A stretch of DNA of 32,000 bases from Bdellovibrionales bacterium (GCA_965247685.1 OZ252021.1:180001-212000); one strand, 5' to 3'. Positions 1-8,679 are shown, counted from the first letter of the stretch. A program made the numbers and translations. The notes: generated from the sequence alone by a model not told the origin.

Positions 1-1
1 G

Positions 2-169
2 AAAGACTATCCTGCAAAAACAATATTAAGTGATCAAATATCAAGGGATTTAAAAAAGCGAGGATTTAAGTTTGTGGGTTCCATAATCATCTATTCCCAC
101 TTGCAGGCCACAGGTTTAGTCAATGATCATAGCATCGATTGTTTTCGACACCCTAATAATCTCTACTAA
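2..169 (+). CDS. tag: DNA-3-methyladenine glycosylase I, C-terminal fragment (5' end lies outside the window)
   Basis: Frame 2 reads KDYPAKTILSDQISRDLKKRGFKFVGSIIIYSHLQATGLVNDHSIDCFRHPNNLY-stop (TAA 167-169). The KKRGFKFVG...QA.GLVNDH block is the conserved Tag C-terminus. Absent from the ORF track because it is truncated by the window edge. Confidence 0.8.
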   Translation, partial: KDYPAKTILSDQISRDLKKRGFKFVGSIIIYSHLQATGLVNDHSIDCFRHPNNLY

Positions 170-188
170 TTTGAGATGATCCAAATTA

Positions 189-270
189 TACCCGTGGAGG
201 GACTTGAACCCCCACACCTTGCGGTACTAGATCCTAAGTCTAGCGCGTCTGCCAATTCCGCCACACGGGC
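189..270 (-). tRNA. tRNA-Leu, anticodon UAG, class II with long variable arm, no encoded CCA
   Basis: Reverse complement reads GCCCGTGTGGCGGAATTGGCAGACGCGCTAGACTTAGGATCTAGTACCGCAAGGTGTGGGGGTTCAAGTCCCTCCACGGGTA. It has a 7-bp acceptor stem (G1-U72 wobble), anticodon stem CTAGA/TCTAG with loop CTTAGGA (anticodon TAG), a GGTTCAAGTCC T-loop and discriminator A. Confidence 0.9.
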
Positions 271-275
271 TTTTA

Positions 276-704
276 TTACTCGGTTAAATCTTTAAGTTCT
301 TCCTCAATAAACTTTTTATAAGAAGCTGCATCCATTAAGTATGTCAGATCATTTTCTCGACTCATTTCAATACGAATCAACCACCCTTCACTCATTGGAT
401 GGTCGCTAACCAACCCAGGAGTTAATGAACTATTCACCTCTACAACTTCACCCGAAACAGGAACATAGAGATCGCTGACATGTTTATTGCTTTCTACTAA
501 ACCAAACACCTGAGCTCTTTCTAACATTTGTCCTTTTTTTGGAAGTTTCCAACTGACAATCTCACCCAACTGATCTTGAGCAAAATAAGTAATCCCTATG
601 GTCACAGTATTACGATCATCAAGTGAAACCCACTCATGAGTTTTCGTATAATAAAAATTGTCCGTAGGAACAAGCAAACTGCGCGGCGTTTCTAAATCAT
701 TCAT
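276..704 (-). CDS. gcvH: glycine cleavage system protein H
   Basis: 142 aa with YTKTHEWV, GITYFAQDQLGEIV and a lipoyl-lysine context VESNKHVSDLYVPVSGEV. GGAGG lies 5 nt upstream of the ATG. Sits immediately downstream of gcvT. Confidence 0.9.
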   Translation of the reverse strand: MNDLETPRSLLVPTDNFYYTKTHEWVSLDDRNTVTIGITYFAQDQLGEIVSWKLPKKGQMLERAQVFGLVESNKHVSDLYVPVSGEVVEVNSSLTPGLVSDHPMSEGWLIRIEMSRENDLTYLMDAASYKKFIEEELKDLTE

Positions 705-754
705 AACTACCTCCGTTATTAGAAATCAAACACTATCAAATTTTTCAAATTTAT

Positions 755-1819
755 TCAAATTTTATAAAAAGGTGTGGAAACCACTCGAGATAACTCTGAA
801 CTACCATGGATTTGAATCAAAAATTCACTCCCTACACGAGAGAAATTATTCTGAACCATGGCTGTTCCAATCATCTTATCCAAGCTCGGAGACCAAATAC
901 CACTGGTCACTTGACCTATTTTCTGATTTTCTTTGGAAAATATCTGACAGCCATGTCTTGGAATACCAGATGATTCGACCATTTCAAAGCCCACCCATTT
1001 TCTTAAAGGTTTATTCGACAAAACATCTTTGCCCATGAACAAAGAAGGATTTTTACAAGCCCATGCCAAACCCAACTCATGTGGAAAAGTTTTCTCATCT
1101 ATATCTTCTCCATAAAGAGGATACTTCATCTCCAAACGAAGAGTATTTCGAGCTGCTAAACCCACAGGAAGCACATTCTCATCATCCAGCAAATATTCCC
1201 ATAATCCAGATATCAGTTTGTGCGGAACTAATATTTCAAAACCGTCTTCACCTGTATAACCTGTTCGAGAAATAAACAATTTACTATACTGGCATTCGAC
1301 CCAATGAAAACAAAATTTTTTTAAAGAATCATTAATATTGAGTTTTTTCTTTAATAAAGAAAAAGATTTTGGCCCTTGCACAGCAATCTGACCATAAGAA
1401 AGACTTTCATCAATAACTTGAACATCATAATTTTTTCTATGCTCTTGAAGCCAATTAAAAATTTTCTCCTTATTAGAAGCATTCACACAAAGAAGATAAT
1501 CTTTTTCAAAATCTAAACAAGAAAGAATCATGTCATCCAACAAACCCCCTTGTTCGTTGCACATTAAAGTATATTGACTCTCCCCTTTGGATAATCCTTG
1601 AGAATTATTGGTGAGCATTAAAGATAAAAAAGAAAGAGCTTGCCTCCCTTGAATGCGAATTTCTCCCATATGAGAGACATCAAATAATCCCACATAACTT
1701 CTTACATGAAGGTGCTCTTTTTTTGCACCTGAAAACTCTAAAGGCATAGAATATCCTGCAAAAGGAACCATCCTAGCTTTCCGCTTCACATGATTGTCAA
1801 AAAGAGGAGTTTTTTTCAT
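755..1819 (-). CDS. gcvT: glycine cleavage system aminomethyltransferase T
   Basis: 354 aa. MKKTPLFDNH..., VPFAGYSMPLEF, VGLFDVSHMGEIRIQG, SRTGYTGEDGFEI and RLEMKYPLYGEDI are typical GcvT blocks. Confidence 0.92.
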   Translation of the reverse strand: MKKTPLFDNHVKRKARMVPFAGYSMPLEFSGAKKEHLHVRSYVGLFDVSHMGEIRIQGRQALSFLSLMLTNNSQGLSKGESQYTLMCNEQGGLLDDMILSCLDFEKDYLLCVNASNKEKIFNWLQEHRKNYDVQVIDESLSYGQIAVQGPKSFSLLKKKLNINDSLKKFCFHWVECQYSKLFISRTGYTGEDGFEILVPHKLISGLWEYLLDDENVLPVGLAARNTLRLEMKYPLYGEDIDEKTFPHELGLAWACKNPSLFMGKDVLSNKPLRKWVGFEMVESSGIPRHGCQIFSKENQKIGQVTSGIWSPSLDKMIGTAMVQNNFSRVGSEFLIQIHGSSELSRVVSTPFYKI

Positions 1820-1934
1820 CGTAAAAACCTTAAGATAATTTTCTTCTTATAGATGAAGATGATTTATAAAAGATCAATCCAATAAGCAAGCCACGATATG
1901 GTGTTTATATTCCGGCTCATAGAACCATCATTCG

Positions 1935-2117
1935 TTAGGGCCTCTTCTTAAGTTGCAAATACACTTTTAAAGTTGTTGCATAGGCTTCTTCCCGTAAAGA
2001 ATATTTACCCACAGTATTGTAAAATTCTCTTAATTCTGGAATACGACGCACTTGTGACTTAGATAACTTGACTGGTTTCCGTTTTTCAGAAGATACTTTG
2101 CTTTTTCGAGTAACCAT
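1935..2117 (-). CDS. small basic hypothetical protein (60 aa); coding status uncertain
   Basis: Open frame only. Lys/Arg-rich, no obvious Shine-Dalgarno. Occupies the gap between gcvT and the divergent folD. Confidence 0.25.
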   Translation of the reverse strand: MVTRKSKVSSEKRKPVKLSKSQVRRIPELREFYNTVGKYSLREEAYATTLKVYLQLKKRP

Positions 2118-2163
2118 AAAAATGACTTAATCATTTTTCCGCAAGAGGTCAAAGGAATTTATT

Positions 2164-3018
2164 ATGAAGCTGATAAATGGTTCTCTGGTTGCAAAAAAAG
2201 TCACGAATGAACTGGAATCTCAAGTCCAAACTTTAAAAGACAAAAAAGGCATCCATCCGTGTCTGTGTGTTTTACTGATTGGAGATAACCCTGCAAGCCA
2301 AGTTTATGTTCAACATAAAATCAAAGCTTGTCAAAAGATTGGTATTCAATCCAAGCTTGTTCATCTTGCACAGGACACTTCTCAGGATATAGTTTTAAAA
2401 AAACTAACTTCGCTGAGTGATAACCCTGCTATCCACGGTATTTTGATTCAACTTCCCCTCCCTCCTCAGCTTAGAAAAGAGGAAATTTTTTCCTATCTTC
2501 CTATTGAAAAAGATGTGGATGGTTTAACTGTAGCCAGTATAGGAAGCCTTTGGTCTTCTTTAAACTCTGCAAAACCCTGTACCCCACAAGGGATTATCTA
2601 TTTATTGAAGCACTATCAAATTCCCATTCAAGGAAAACATGCTGTTGTAGTGGGAAGAAGTCAAATTGTTGGACGCCCTATGGCTCAACTCCTGCTGGAA
2701 CAAAACGCAACTGTGACTATTTGTCATTCCAAAACTCAAAATCTTGAGCACTTTACTCAGCAGGCTGATATTTTAATTGCAGCCTGTGGACAACATCATA
2801 AAATTAAAGCTCATCATATTAAAAAAGGTGCAACCATCATTGATGTAGGCATACATAGAATAGAAAAAAATGGAAAAACGATTTTACAAGGGGATGTCTG
2901 CCCTGATGAATTAGATAATATTGCAGAATATATGACCCCCGTTCCAGGAGGTGTCGGTCCTATGACGATTGCTATGCTTTTAAAGAATACTATTGATATT
3001 GCAACGCTTCAAAAGTGA
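2164..3018 (+). CDS. folD: bifunctional methylenetetrahydrofolate dehydrogenase / methenyltetrahydrofolate cyclohydrolase
   Basis: 284 aa with ASQVYV..K.KAC, GILIQLPLP, VDG, VVVGRSQIVGRPMAQLLL and TPVPGGVGPMTIAML motifs. Confidence 0.93.
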   Translation: MKLINGSLVAKKVTNELESQVQTLKDKKGIHPCLCVLLIGDNPASQVYVQHKIKACQKIGIQSKLVHLAQDTSQDIVLKKLTSLSDNPAIHGILIQLPLPPQLRKEEIFSYLPIEKDVDGLTVASIGSLWSSLNSAKPCTPQGIIYLLKHYQIPIQGKHAVVVGRSQIVGRPMAQLLLEQNATVTICHSKTQNLEHFTQQADILIAACGQHHKIKAHHIKKGATIIDVGIHRIEKNGKTILQGDVCPDELDNIAEYMTPVPGGVGPMTIAMLLKNTIDIATLQK

Positions 3019-3133
3019 CAATATTTGGACGATCATGTCCAATTCTGGACACTCCTATCCAAAATAAAATCCTTTTTACACTGTTTTGAACGCCCCCTCA
3101 TTTGCTTTTTATATTTTGTAAAGGAGGTTCCTT

Positions 3134-3388
3134 ATGAAATTTAAAAAAGGACAGGGATTAATAGAATATCTCATTCTGGTCGCACTCATGGCAGTTTCCA
3201 GCATTGCAATTGTGAGGGTGCTCAATCAAACGGTCAAGGCACGATTTGCAAATGCTATTCATGCTCTTCAAGGGACAAACAAAAAAGCAAAAACAGATTC
3301 AGTGAAACAAACAGATTATCAAAAAAGTGATTTGAGTGATTTTATGAATGGAGCTGCTAGTAATAAAAAATCTAAAAAGAAAAAATGA
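3134..3388 (+). CDS. Flp-family (type IVb/Tad) prepilin with a Lys-rich C-terminal tail
   Basis: 84 aa. N-terminus MKFKKGQGLIEYLILVALMAV carries the Flp G-xxxx-EY processing motif followed by a hydrophobic helix. Strong RBS AAGGAGG at 3121-3127. Confidence 0.75.
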   Translation: MKFKKGQGLIEYLILVALMAVSSIAIVRVLNQTVKARFANAIHALQGTNKKAKTDSVKQTDYQKSDLSDFMNGAASNKKSKKKK

Positions 3389-3729
3389 TAAGAAAGAAAA
3401 GCAAAGGGCAAGCTCTTCTAGAAACTCTAGTTATTTTATCCATCTATATCACGATGTTTACCTCTATTTTTCAAATTGTTTTTATCGCTGCAGCTAAATC
3501 TTATGTCAACCATCAACTTTATCATGCGTTGATTTGTATGGCACAAGACGAGCCGACTCATCAATGTCAGAAGAAATTAATTCAAAAGAGTAAAAAAATT
3601 TTAGCTTGGGGAGAATTAAAAAACATTCAACTTAAAAGGAGAGAGCAGGAATGGACAGGAACACTTACTTTAAGTATCTACCCATGGAATTTAAAGCTCG
3701 GACAAGAGCTTCAACTCAAAGAGGATTGA
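3385..3729 (+). CDS. TadE-like pseudopilin
   Basis: 114 aa. N-terminus MIRKKSKGQALLETLVILSIYITMF is a class III signal-like G-Q-xxx-E motif plus hydrophobic helix. Its ATG overlaps the flp stop (ATGA), suggesting translational coupling. Confidence 0.6.
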   Translation: MIRKKSKGQALLETLVILSIYITMFTSIFQIVFIAAAKSYVNHQLYHALICMAQDEPTHQCQKKLIQKSKKILAWGELKNIQLKRREQEWTGTLTLSIYPWNLKLGQELQLKED

Positions 3730-3734
3730 TCTCC

Positions 3735-4415
3735 ATGACTCTTTTGATACTCTCTCCTCTTTTTATCTCTATATTCTTTTTGTCTGTCTCAATGATAATA
3801 GCTTTAAAACATCATACAAAAGCCTATTCTCTTTGCTATCAAACAGGAGTTGGTATCCAGGAAAAACTTAAAATTCAAATTCAAAGTCTTTTTCTTATGA
3901 ATAAGCCTGCTCAAGCTCTAAGAATTGAAAGAGCTTTAAGAGAACAACTTCTCCTCGTTGCTCTTAGTTCTGCAAATCCTTTAGCTATTCAAGAAGCTCA
4001 AATTCAACTTAAAAAAGTAAAACTGAAACAAAAAAAGATAAGAATAATACAACAACGAATTTTACAACAGAGTCAAATACTTATTCAAAAAGAGTGGATG
4101 ACTTATAAATATAAATCTCGCAATTGGGTCCAAAATTATCAAAAAAAACAAATAAAACCTCCTATAGCTGTAGCCCCTTATCCTAAAAACAGTGATTCCC
4201 CCAGCTATAAATTGGTTGATGATTTTTTAAAAAAACAAAGTATTAAAATTTTTTGGACCATGAGTATTTTTAAATTTATTCCTCGATGGATTCGATCCTC
4301 TCTCAATTTACACCAACACTCTCAACATAACTGCTCGGTCAGCCTGAGAGGAAAGGGTAACATATTTTATATTCAACTAATGAAACCAAACTTAGGAGGT
4401 CTGGATGAAACATAA
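3735..4415 (+). CDS. membrane-anchored hypothetical protein of the pilin cluster
   Basis: The ORF track opens at 3651. ATG 3735 is preferred: GAGGA lies 9 nt upstream and it is 5 nt past the previous stop. N-terminal TM MTLLILSPLFISIFFLSVSMIIAL, then a Gln/Lys-rich predicted helical region. No family recognised. Confidence 0.5.
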   Translation: MTLLILSPLFISIFFLSVSMIIALKHHTKAYSLCYQTGVGIQEKLKIQIQSLFLMNKPAQALRIERALREQLLLVALSSANPLAIQEAQIQLKKVKLKQKKIRIIQQRILQQSQILIQKEWMTYKYKSRNWVQNYQKKQIKPPIAVAPYPKNSDSPSYKLVDDFLKKQSIKIFWTMSIFKFIPRWIRSSLNLHQHSQHNCSVSLRGKGNIFYIQLMKPNLGGLDET

Positions 4416-4578
4416 AAAGAAAGGGCAGATGATTATTGAAATGCTATGGATTTTACTATTCATTCTCAGCTTTTTATCTTCCATATTGTTTTTTTATGAT
4501 CGAGCTGAAAAGGAGCTGCAAAAACTCAGAATAGGAGAAAAAAGTAAATATGAACAGTATCAACCACCTCTTCTTTAA
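4405..4578 (+). CDS. unlisted 57-aa prepilin-like mini-protein
   Basis: Not in the ORF track (under 60 aa). ATG 4405 is preceded by AGGAGG (4395-4400). Translation is MKHKKKGQMIIEMLWILLFILSFLSSILFFYDRAEKELQKLRIGEKSKYEQYQPPLL. It has the same K-G-Q-xxx-E plus hydrophobic helix architecture as the two upstream pilin-like genes. Confidence 0.45.
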   Translation: MKHKKKGQMIIEMLWILLFILSFLSSILFFYDRAEKELQKLRIGEKSKYEQYQPPLL

Positions 4579-5035
4579 AGACTATAAACATTACTTATTT
4601 ATTTTTTTAGGAATAGTTTTGCTGTCCTTATTTTTTATATGGATTCAATCTAGCAAAAATATTCCATCCGATGACGATATTATTTTTCAAATATCTGATA
4701 ACATTCCAGAAGGATTTGTCATGGTACCCATTGAACTAGAAAATCATGAATCTATCAGCGACTTGATTACTTCACACGGGGTAGTGGACTTATACTACCG
4801 CCCTTCTCCTCATTCTCAACCTTTAAAGATTGCCCGAGCCATACGTATTATTCGTCTACAACCCTTTCGATTTGTCGTATTGATCCCAGAAGAAAAAATT
4901 TCTACTTTTCTTTCTTCATCTCTTCATTTTTACGCTGTAGTTCAAAATATTAATAAACAAGGGGTGATTGTTTATGGTAAGAAGAAAAAACGCTCTATCA
5001 CTATCGAAGAGGAGAATACGTTCAATGAAATGTAA
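4550..5035 (+). CDS. membrane-anchored protein resembling the C-terminal part of CpaB/RcpC (Flp pilus assembly)
   Basis: 161 aa. N-terminal TM YLFIFLGIVLLSLFFIWI, then IPEGFVMVPIELEN...ITSHGVVDLY...ARAIRIIRL, reminiscent of the CpaB G.r.vsv..d....pGd.VDv motif pattern. No SAF domain is visible. Assignment tentative. Confidence 0.4.
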   Translation: MNSINHLFFKDYKHYLFIFLGIVLLSLFFIWIQSSKNIPSDDDIIFQISDNIPEGFVMVPIELENHESISDLITSHGVVDLYYRPSPHSQPLKIARAIRIIRLQPFRFVVLIPEEKISTFLSSSLHFYAVVQNINKQGVIVYGKKKKRSITIEEENTFNEM

Positions 5036-6011
5036 ATTTATATTAATACCCCTTTACCTTCTGACTTTCACATCTTATGCCCAGTTGATTCGTGCACCTC
5101 AAACTCCACAAGAAGAATTCGATGCTTACATTGAAACAGAAAAAATTACCTCTTATGCAAAATCTCAGCTTCAGCAGATTCAAAATCAATCTAATTCTAT
5201 ACAAAGTTTGTCCTCTTTATTAGAACAAGCACAAAGGAGTTTTATTAAAGGACATTTGCAACAGTCTGGAGATTACTTTCGAGCAATTGTGCAAAAAACC
5301 CATGAGAAAGATTGGATTGAAGAAGCTCAAAATATTATTTTTTATTCTTATCTCAGACTAGCTCAAATTGAATGGAAAGAAAACCCAGACTCTTTTCTCC
5401 ATTCTGCAATTTTATTTTCTCCTTTTTCAAAACCGGATACCTCACTGTTTCCCCCTCCTTTAATTCAAAGGTTTAATGAGATAAAAAATAACCAACCTTC
5501 TCTCTTGGTTTATTTAAAAACTATCTTCCCTTTTCATGAAATGATTTTAATTAATGGAGAATTTTTTTTAAAAGATCATGTACGTCTTCCTTATGGGAAT
5601 TATCGTGTGACAGCTCTCAGCTCGTCTCATCAACCTTGGAGTCAAAAGGTTTCTCTTTCGGATTTAGTTCAAAAAAGAATTGTCACCCCTCCTTGGGTGA
5701 GTGGAACTTGCAAAAGACCTTCTCATACACAAAATATCAAAAAAGAAAATATCCTATATCCTGCTTTTTGCAGATGGAAACCAAGCTCTAAAAAACATCA
5801 TGATAAAAAACTTATACAAAAGAAAACTCCCAATACAGTGATTCAAAACAACATAGAACAAACAATCACAATGCCTTTGAAAAACAATAAATGGCTCTGG
5901 ACAGGCATAGTTGTAACGGGTGTAGTGATAGGGATTATTATTTTCAGCCAAAAAGATAAAAAACCAAATGTGAAAATTCCATCTATACAAAAAGGATTTC
6001 CACAAAAATAG
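5025..6011 (+). CDS. exported hypothetical protein with C-terminal TM anchor
   Basis: The ORF track starts at 4968. ATG 5025 is preferred: GAGGAG is upstream and it yields signal peptide MKCKFILIPLYLLTFTSYA|QL. C-terminal TM WLWTGIVVTGVVIGIIIF. The central part is possibly TPR-like helical. Last gene of the pilin cluster. Confidence 0.5.
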   Translation: MKCKFILIPLYLLTFTSYAQLIRAPQTPQEEFDAYIETEKITSYAKSQLQQIQNQSNSIQSLSSLLEQAQRSFIKGHLQQSGDYFRAIVQKTHEKDWIEEAQNIIFYSYLRLAQIEWKENPDSFLHSAILFSPFSKPDTSLFPPPLIQRFNEIKNNQPSLLVYLKTIFPFHEMILINGEFFLKDHVRLPYGNYRVTALSSSHQPWSQKVSLSDLVQKRIVTPPWVSGTCKRPSHTQNIKKENILYPAFCRWKPSSKKHHDKKLIQKKTPNTVIQNNIEQTITMPLKNNKWLWTGIVVTGVVIGIIIFSQKDKKPNVKIPSIQKGFPQK

Positions 6012-6025
6012 AACATCTAGTGCAT

Positions 6026-6694
6026 TCAATTCGTTTTGAGATAATGTCGATACTGATCTTCCATTAAAAGATTAAATTCCGTCCAATCCTTTTTCTCAGG
6101 ATTCCAATTCTGAAGTAAATCTTGAAACCTTTCTTTCACTTCAATAGGAAGCTGAGCAGGCCGTTGAGGATAATGAGGATGATTGGATAAAATATGATAA
6201 ACTTTCTTGAAAAAATAATTCCAATCAAACTGCAATCCCGGATCAACCTTTCCTCTAAAACCTGCGATATGCTCATGACCTAAAACAGATTCTGGTGATC
6301 GTAAAAAAGTAAACTTCTTTTTTAATAATAAAACAAGCTCCACCAAAGACTGATATTGCTCTGGAGTGTAAGAGAATAAATTTCCATTATTATTCACAAG
6401 CTCCACTCCAAGAGAAAAAGAGTTAAAATCATTCCATAATTTTCCAGAAGAATCTTTCCAATAACTGTCCCCCGCATGATAAGCCTTCAGAGGTTCTTCT
6501 TCTAAACAAGGAATCGTTTCATATACTTCACCTTTAGAATCAATCACAAAATGAGACGAAACTTTTGAAGAAGGATCTTGAAAAATTTCAATAGTTTTTT
6601 CTAAAGAGCAGCCTGTATAATGGAGTATTAAAAATCGCACATCTACAGTACTATTATCTGTATGAGGAGATGAAAAAGAAGCATTTATATTCAT
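6026..6694 (-). CDS. ampD: N-acetylmuramoyl-L-alanine amidase, amidase_2 / AmpD-like
   Basis: 222 aa with LILHYTG, SSHFVID..G, AYHAG.S.W, NDFSLGVELVN, YTPEQYQSL and GHEHIAG..K.DPG motifs. These supply the Zn ligands of the amidase_2 fold. Confidence 0.8.
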   Translation of the reverse strand: MNINASFSSPHTDNSTVDVRFLILHYTGCSLEKTIEIFQDPSSKVSSHFVIDSKGEVYETIPCLEEEPLKAYHAGDSYWKDSSGKLWNDFNSFSLGVELVNNNGNLFSYTPEQYQSLVELVLLLKKKFTFLRSPESVLGHEHIAGFRGKVDPGLQFDWNYFFKKVYHILSNHPHYPQRPAQLPIEVKERFQDLLQNWNPEKKDWTEFNLLMEDQYRHYLKTN

Positions 6695-6876
6695 TTTAAA
6701 GACCTTTAAAAACTAAGGCTTATATAAGCTCTAAGATGCTATCCACCCATTAAACAGTAAAATTTACATAAATTAAAGCTTCTTTTTTATCTTTTTTCGA
6801 CTCTTATAAAAGACTATAAGATAAAAAATTGTGAAAAAGCTAATATTTGAGACAAAATTTGCCGAACTGAAATGTG

Positions 6877-8232
6877 ATGATTAAATTAAAAGATATTAGT
6901 TTTTCTCAGATAAAAAAGCACAACGAAGAAATCTCAATAGTTCTTGCAATTATCGCTTTGCTTTGTACTCTATATCTCATTGAAGGATGTGGTTCCACTA
7001 CATTTAACTATGTTCCACCTGGATCTTGCAATGACTTAGATTATCACGGCCTACCCGATGCTTCATGTACAGTAAAGCCAATAGAACCTTCATCTGACTG
7101 TGATGAAAACCCTGAACGTTGCGATCATTGCGCCCAATACCCTAATGATCCAGAGTGTGAAGATCGCCCTCCATCAACATCAGAACACCCTTATATCTTA
7201 TTTAGTAATTCTTACTCTATGGGCAAAATAGATATCATTTTTGTTATCGACAACTCACGATCCATGTATAAAGAGCAGCAAAATATTGCAGGACAATTTG
7301 ATCAATTCTTAGATTCTATCAGCCACCTAAATTATCGTGTTGCTGTTATGACAGTGGACATATCAGACTCCCCGGGCAATAGAAAAAGATACTACCAAGA
7401 TGGCAAATTCATTCGAATGGGTAAAGAGAGAATACTTTACTTAGAAAACGAAGACTTTGCAGATAACTATGATTATGAACATGATGAAAATATAGAAATG
7501 TTCAAAGAAGCTATAGAAAGAGAAGAATCTTTAAAATGCTTACAAGATGGAGAAAGAAAAGAATGCCCTGATGATGAAAGAGCTATTTGTGCATTAAATT
7601 TATCCTTTGATCGAAGCGATCAAGTAGACTTTTTTAGACCTACAGGTCACCTGATGATTGTAATTCTTTCGGATGAAGATGAAAGATCTTCTTCAGAATA
7701 TATCGATGCCCAAAGACGCCTTTACGATAAAGACTTCAGTCTCACAGCTTGCGATGATCCATATACATTCTATAGAAATGTTGCAGAAAAAGCGAGCAAG
7801 CATAAAAGTGTCAGTGTACATTCTATCATTATCCCTCCAGATGATGACGATTGCCTCGACGAACAAAAAGATGCAAATGGTAGAGGATATTACGGAGAAG
7901 TTTATGAAATGTTTGCTGAACCATCTAGAGAAACTCGAGACAAATATCCATTTGTTCTAGATGGACAAGTCATCTCAATATGTAAGAGAAACTACGGAAA
8001 ACAATTAGGCGAACTGTCCGATTATATTGCTGATTTGCAGCCTATTGCCCTCCCTTGTATTCCACATCAGGTGAATCATGTCAGACTCAGAGGAAGAGGA
8101 AGTCGCTCATCTTCTAATCTGGATTATCGAGTCGAAGGAAGAACTCTTATTATCGAAGAAAAAGATGTACCTCTTAATTCCCGTATTGCTGTCTCCGTTC
8201 TCTGCAGTAAAGACAGCACATGGGTCAGATAA
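6877..8232 (+). CDS. Cys-rich lipoprotein with von Willebrand factor A (VWA) domain
   Basis: About 451 aa. Lipobox-like LIEG|C after a hydrophobic segment. An acidic Cys-rich N-terminal module (CNDLD...CTVKP...CDENPERCDHCAQYPNDPEC) is followed by a VWA MIDAS motif IIFVIDNSRSM. GTG 6874 is an alternative start. Confidence 0.7.
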   Translation: MIKLKDISFSQIKKHNEEISIVLAIIALLCTLYLIEGCGSTTFNYVPPGSCNDLDYHGLPDASCTVKPIEPSSDCDENPERCDHCAQYPNDPECEDRPPSTSEHPYILFSNSYSMGKIDIIFVIDNSRSMYKEQQNIAGQFDQFLDSISHLNYRVAVMTVDISDSPGNRKRYYQDGKFIRMGKERILYLENEDFADNYDYEHDENIEMFKEAIEREESLKCLQDGERKECPDDERAICALNLSFDRSDQVDFFRPTGHLMIVILSDEDERSSSEYIDAQRRLYDKDFSLTACDDPYTFYRNVAEKASKHKSVSVHSIIIPPDDDDCLDEQKDANGRGYYGEVYEMFAEPSRETRDKYPFVLDGQVISICKRNYGKQLGELSDYIADLQPIALPCIPHQVNHVRLRGRGSRSSSNLDYRVEGRTLIIEEKDVPLNSRIAVSVLCSKDSTWVR

Positions 8233-8334
8233 CTCTATCCATTACAGTTTAAAGTCTTAATCCAAGCCCCTTTCTTCCAATACTTTAGTTGTGTCCATCT
8301 ATTTGCATCTTCATGAGTATACGGAGGTATTATT

Positions 8335-8535
8335 ATGGAAAAGTTACAAACCATTTTTGAAGCTGACACACAAGAAAAAAAACAGTTTCTAGAAGAACAA
8401 AGTAAATGTCCCCTTTGCAAAGGTCGTCTCAACATCTGTGTAGAACTTATACCCTTTACACATGCTGTAAGAGAAGAAGCTCGTTGTACAGAATGTATGG
8501 CTCTTTCTCGCGTAGAAAACCATATTATTCACTGA
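8335..8535 (+). CDS. small zinc-ribbon protein (CxxC...CxxC)
   Basis: 66 aa with CPLCKG ... CTEC pairs. GGAGG lies 7 nt upstream of the ATG. Confidence 0.5.
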   Translation: MEKLQTIFEADTQEKKQFLEEQSKCPLCKGRLNICVELIPFTHAVREEARCTECMALSRVENHIIH

Positions 8536-8679
8536 ACAAAAGACTGATTTTGAAAAAATAAAATCCAAAAATTCTTTTAGAATTTTATGATAAAATTGAC
8601 ACATCATGGTCAAATTTTTGACATAGAAGCATTTTAAATCACTTTTAATCCATAATTTTACTTAAATTTCCCTAAATAC

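Noticed and set aside
170-275. tRNA-Leu as an integration hotspot for a genomic island
   Set aside because: There is no integrase, and no direct repeat of the tRNA 3' end was noticed. Flanking genes (tag, gcvH) are housekeeping. The accessory region starts 23 kb away.
658-1275. Plus-strand ORFs 658-1038 and 1063-1275
   Set aside because: They are antisense to the well-supported gcvT and gcvH genes, with no recognisable motifs.
1820-1934. Expected glycine riboswitch upstream of gcvT
   Set aside because: Reading the minus strand, I could not find the conserved GGAGAG ... CACCG ... core in either aptamer position. The gap is also short (115 nt). Only an Infernal scan could exclude a divergent element.
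3025-3042. Hairpin TTGGAC-GATCAT-GTCCAA after folD as a terminator, and similar short hairpins after 9184
   Set aside because: The stems are only 6-8 bp and AT-rich, and they are not followed by a clear U-tract. Not convincing as intrinsic terminators.
5754-6029. Minus-strand ORF 5754-6029
   Set aside because: It is antisense to the 3' end of the exported protein gene 5025-6011. It has an odd composition and no RBS. The adjacent amidase gene ends at 6026.
8235-8613. Minus-strand ORFs 8235-8435 and 8389-8613
   Set aside because: They overlap the plus-strand zinc-ribbon ORF, which has a strong RBS and a CxxC pattern. The minus-strand ORFs lack start context and recognisable features.
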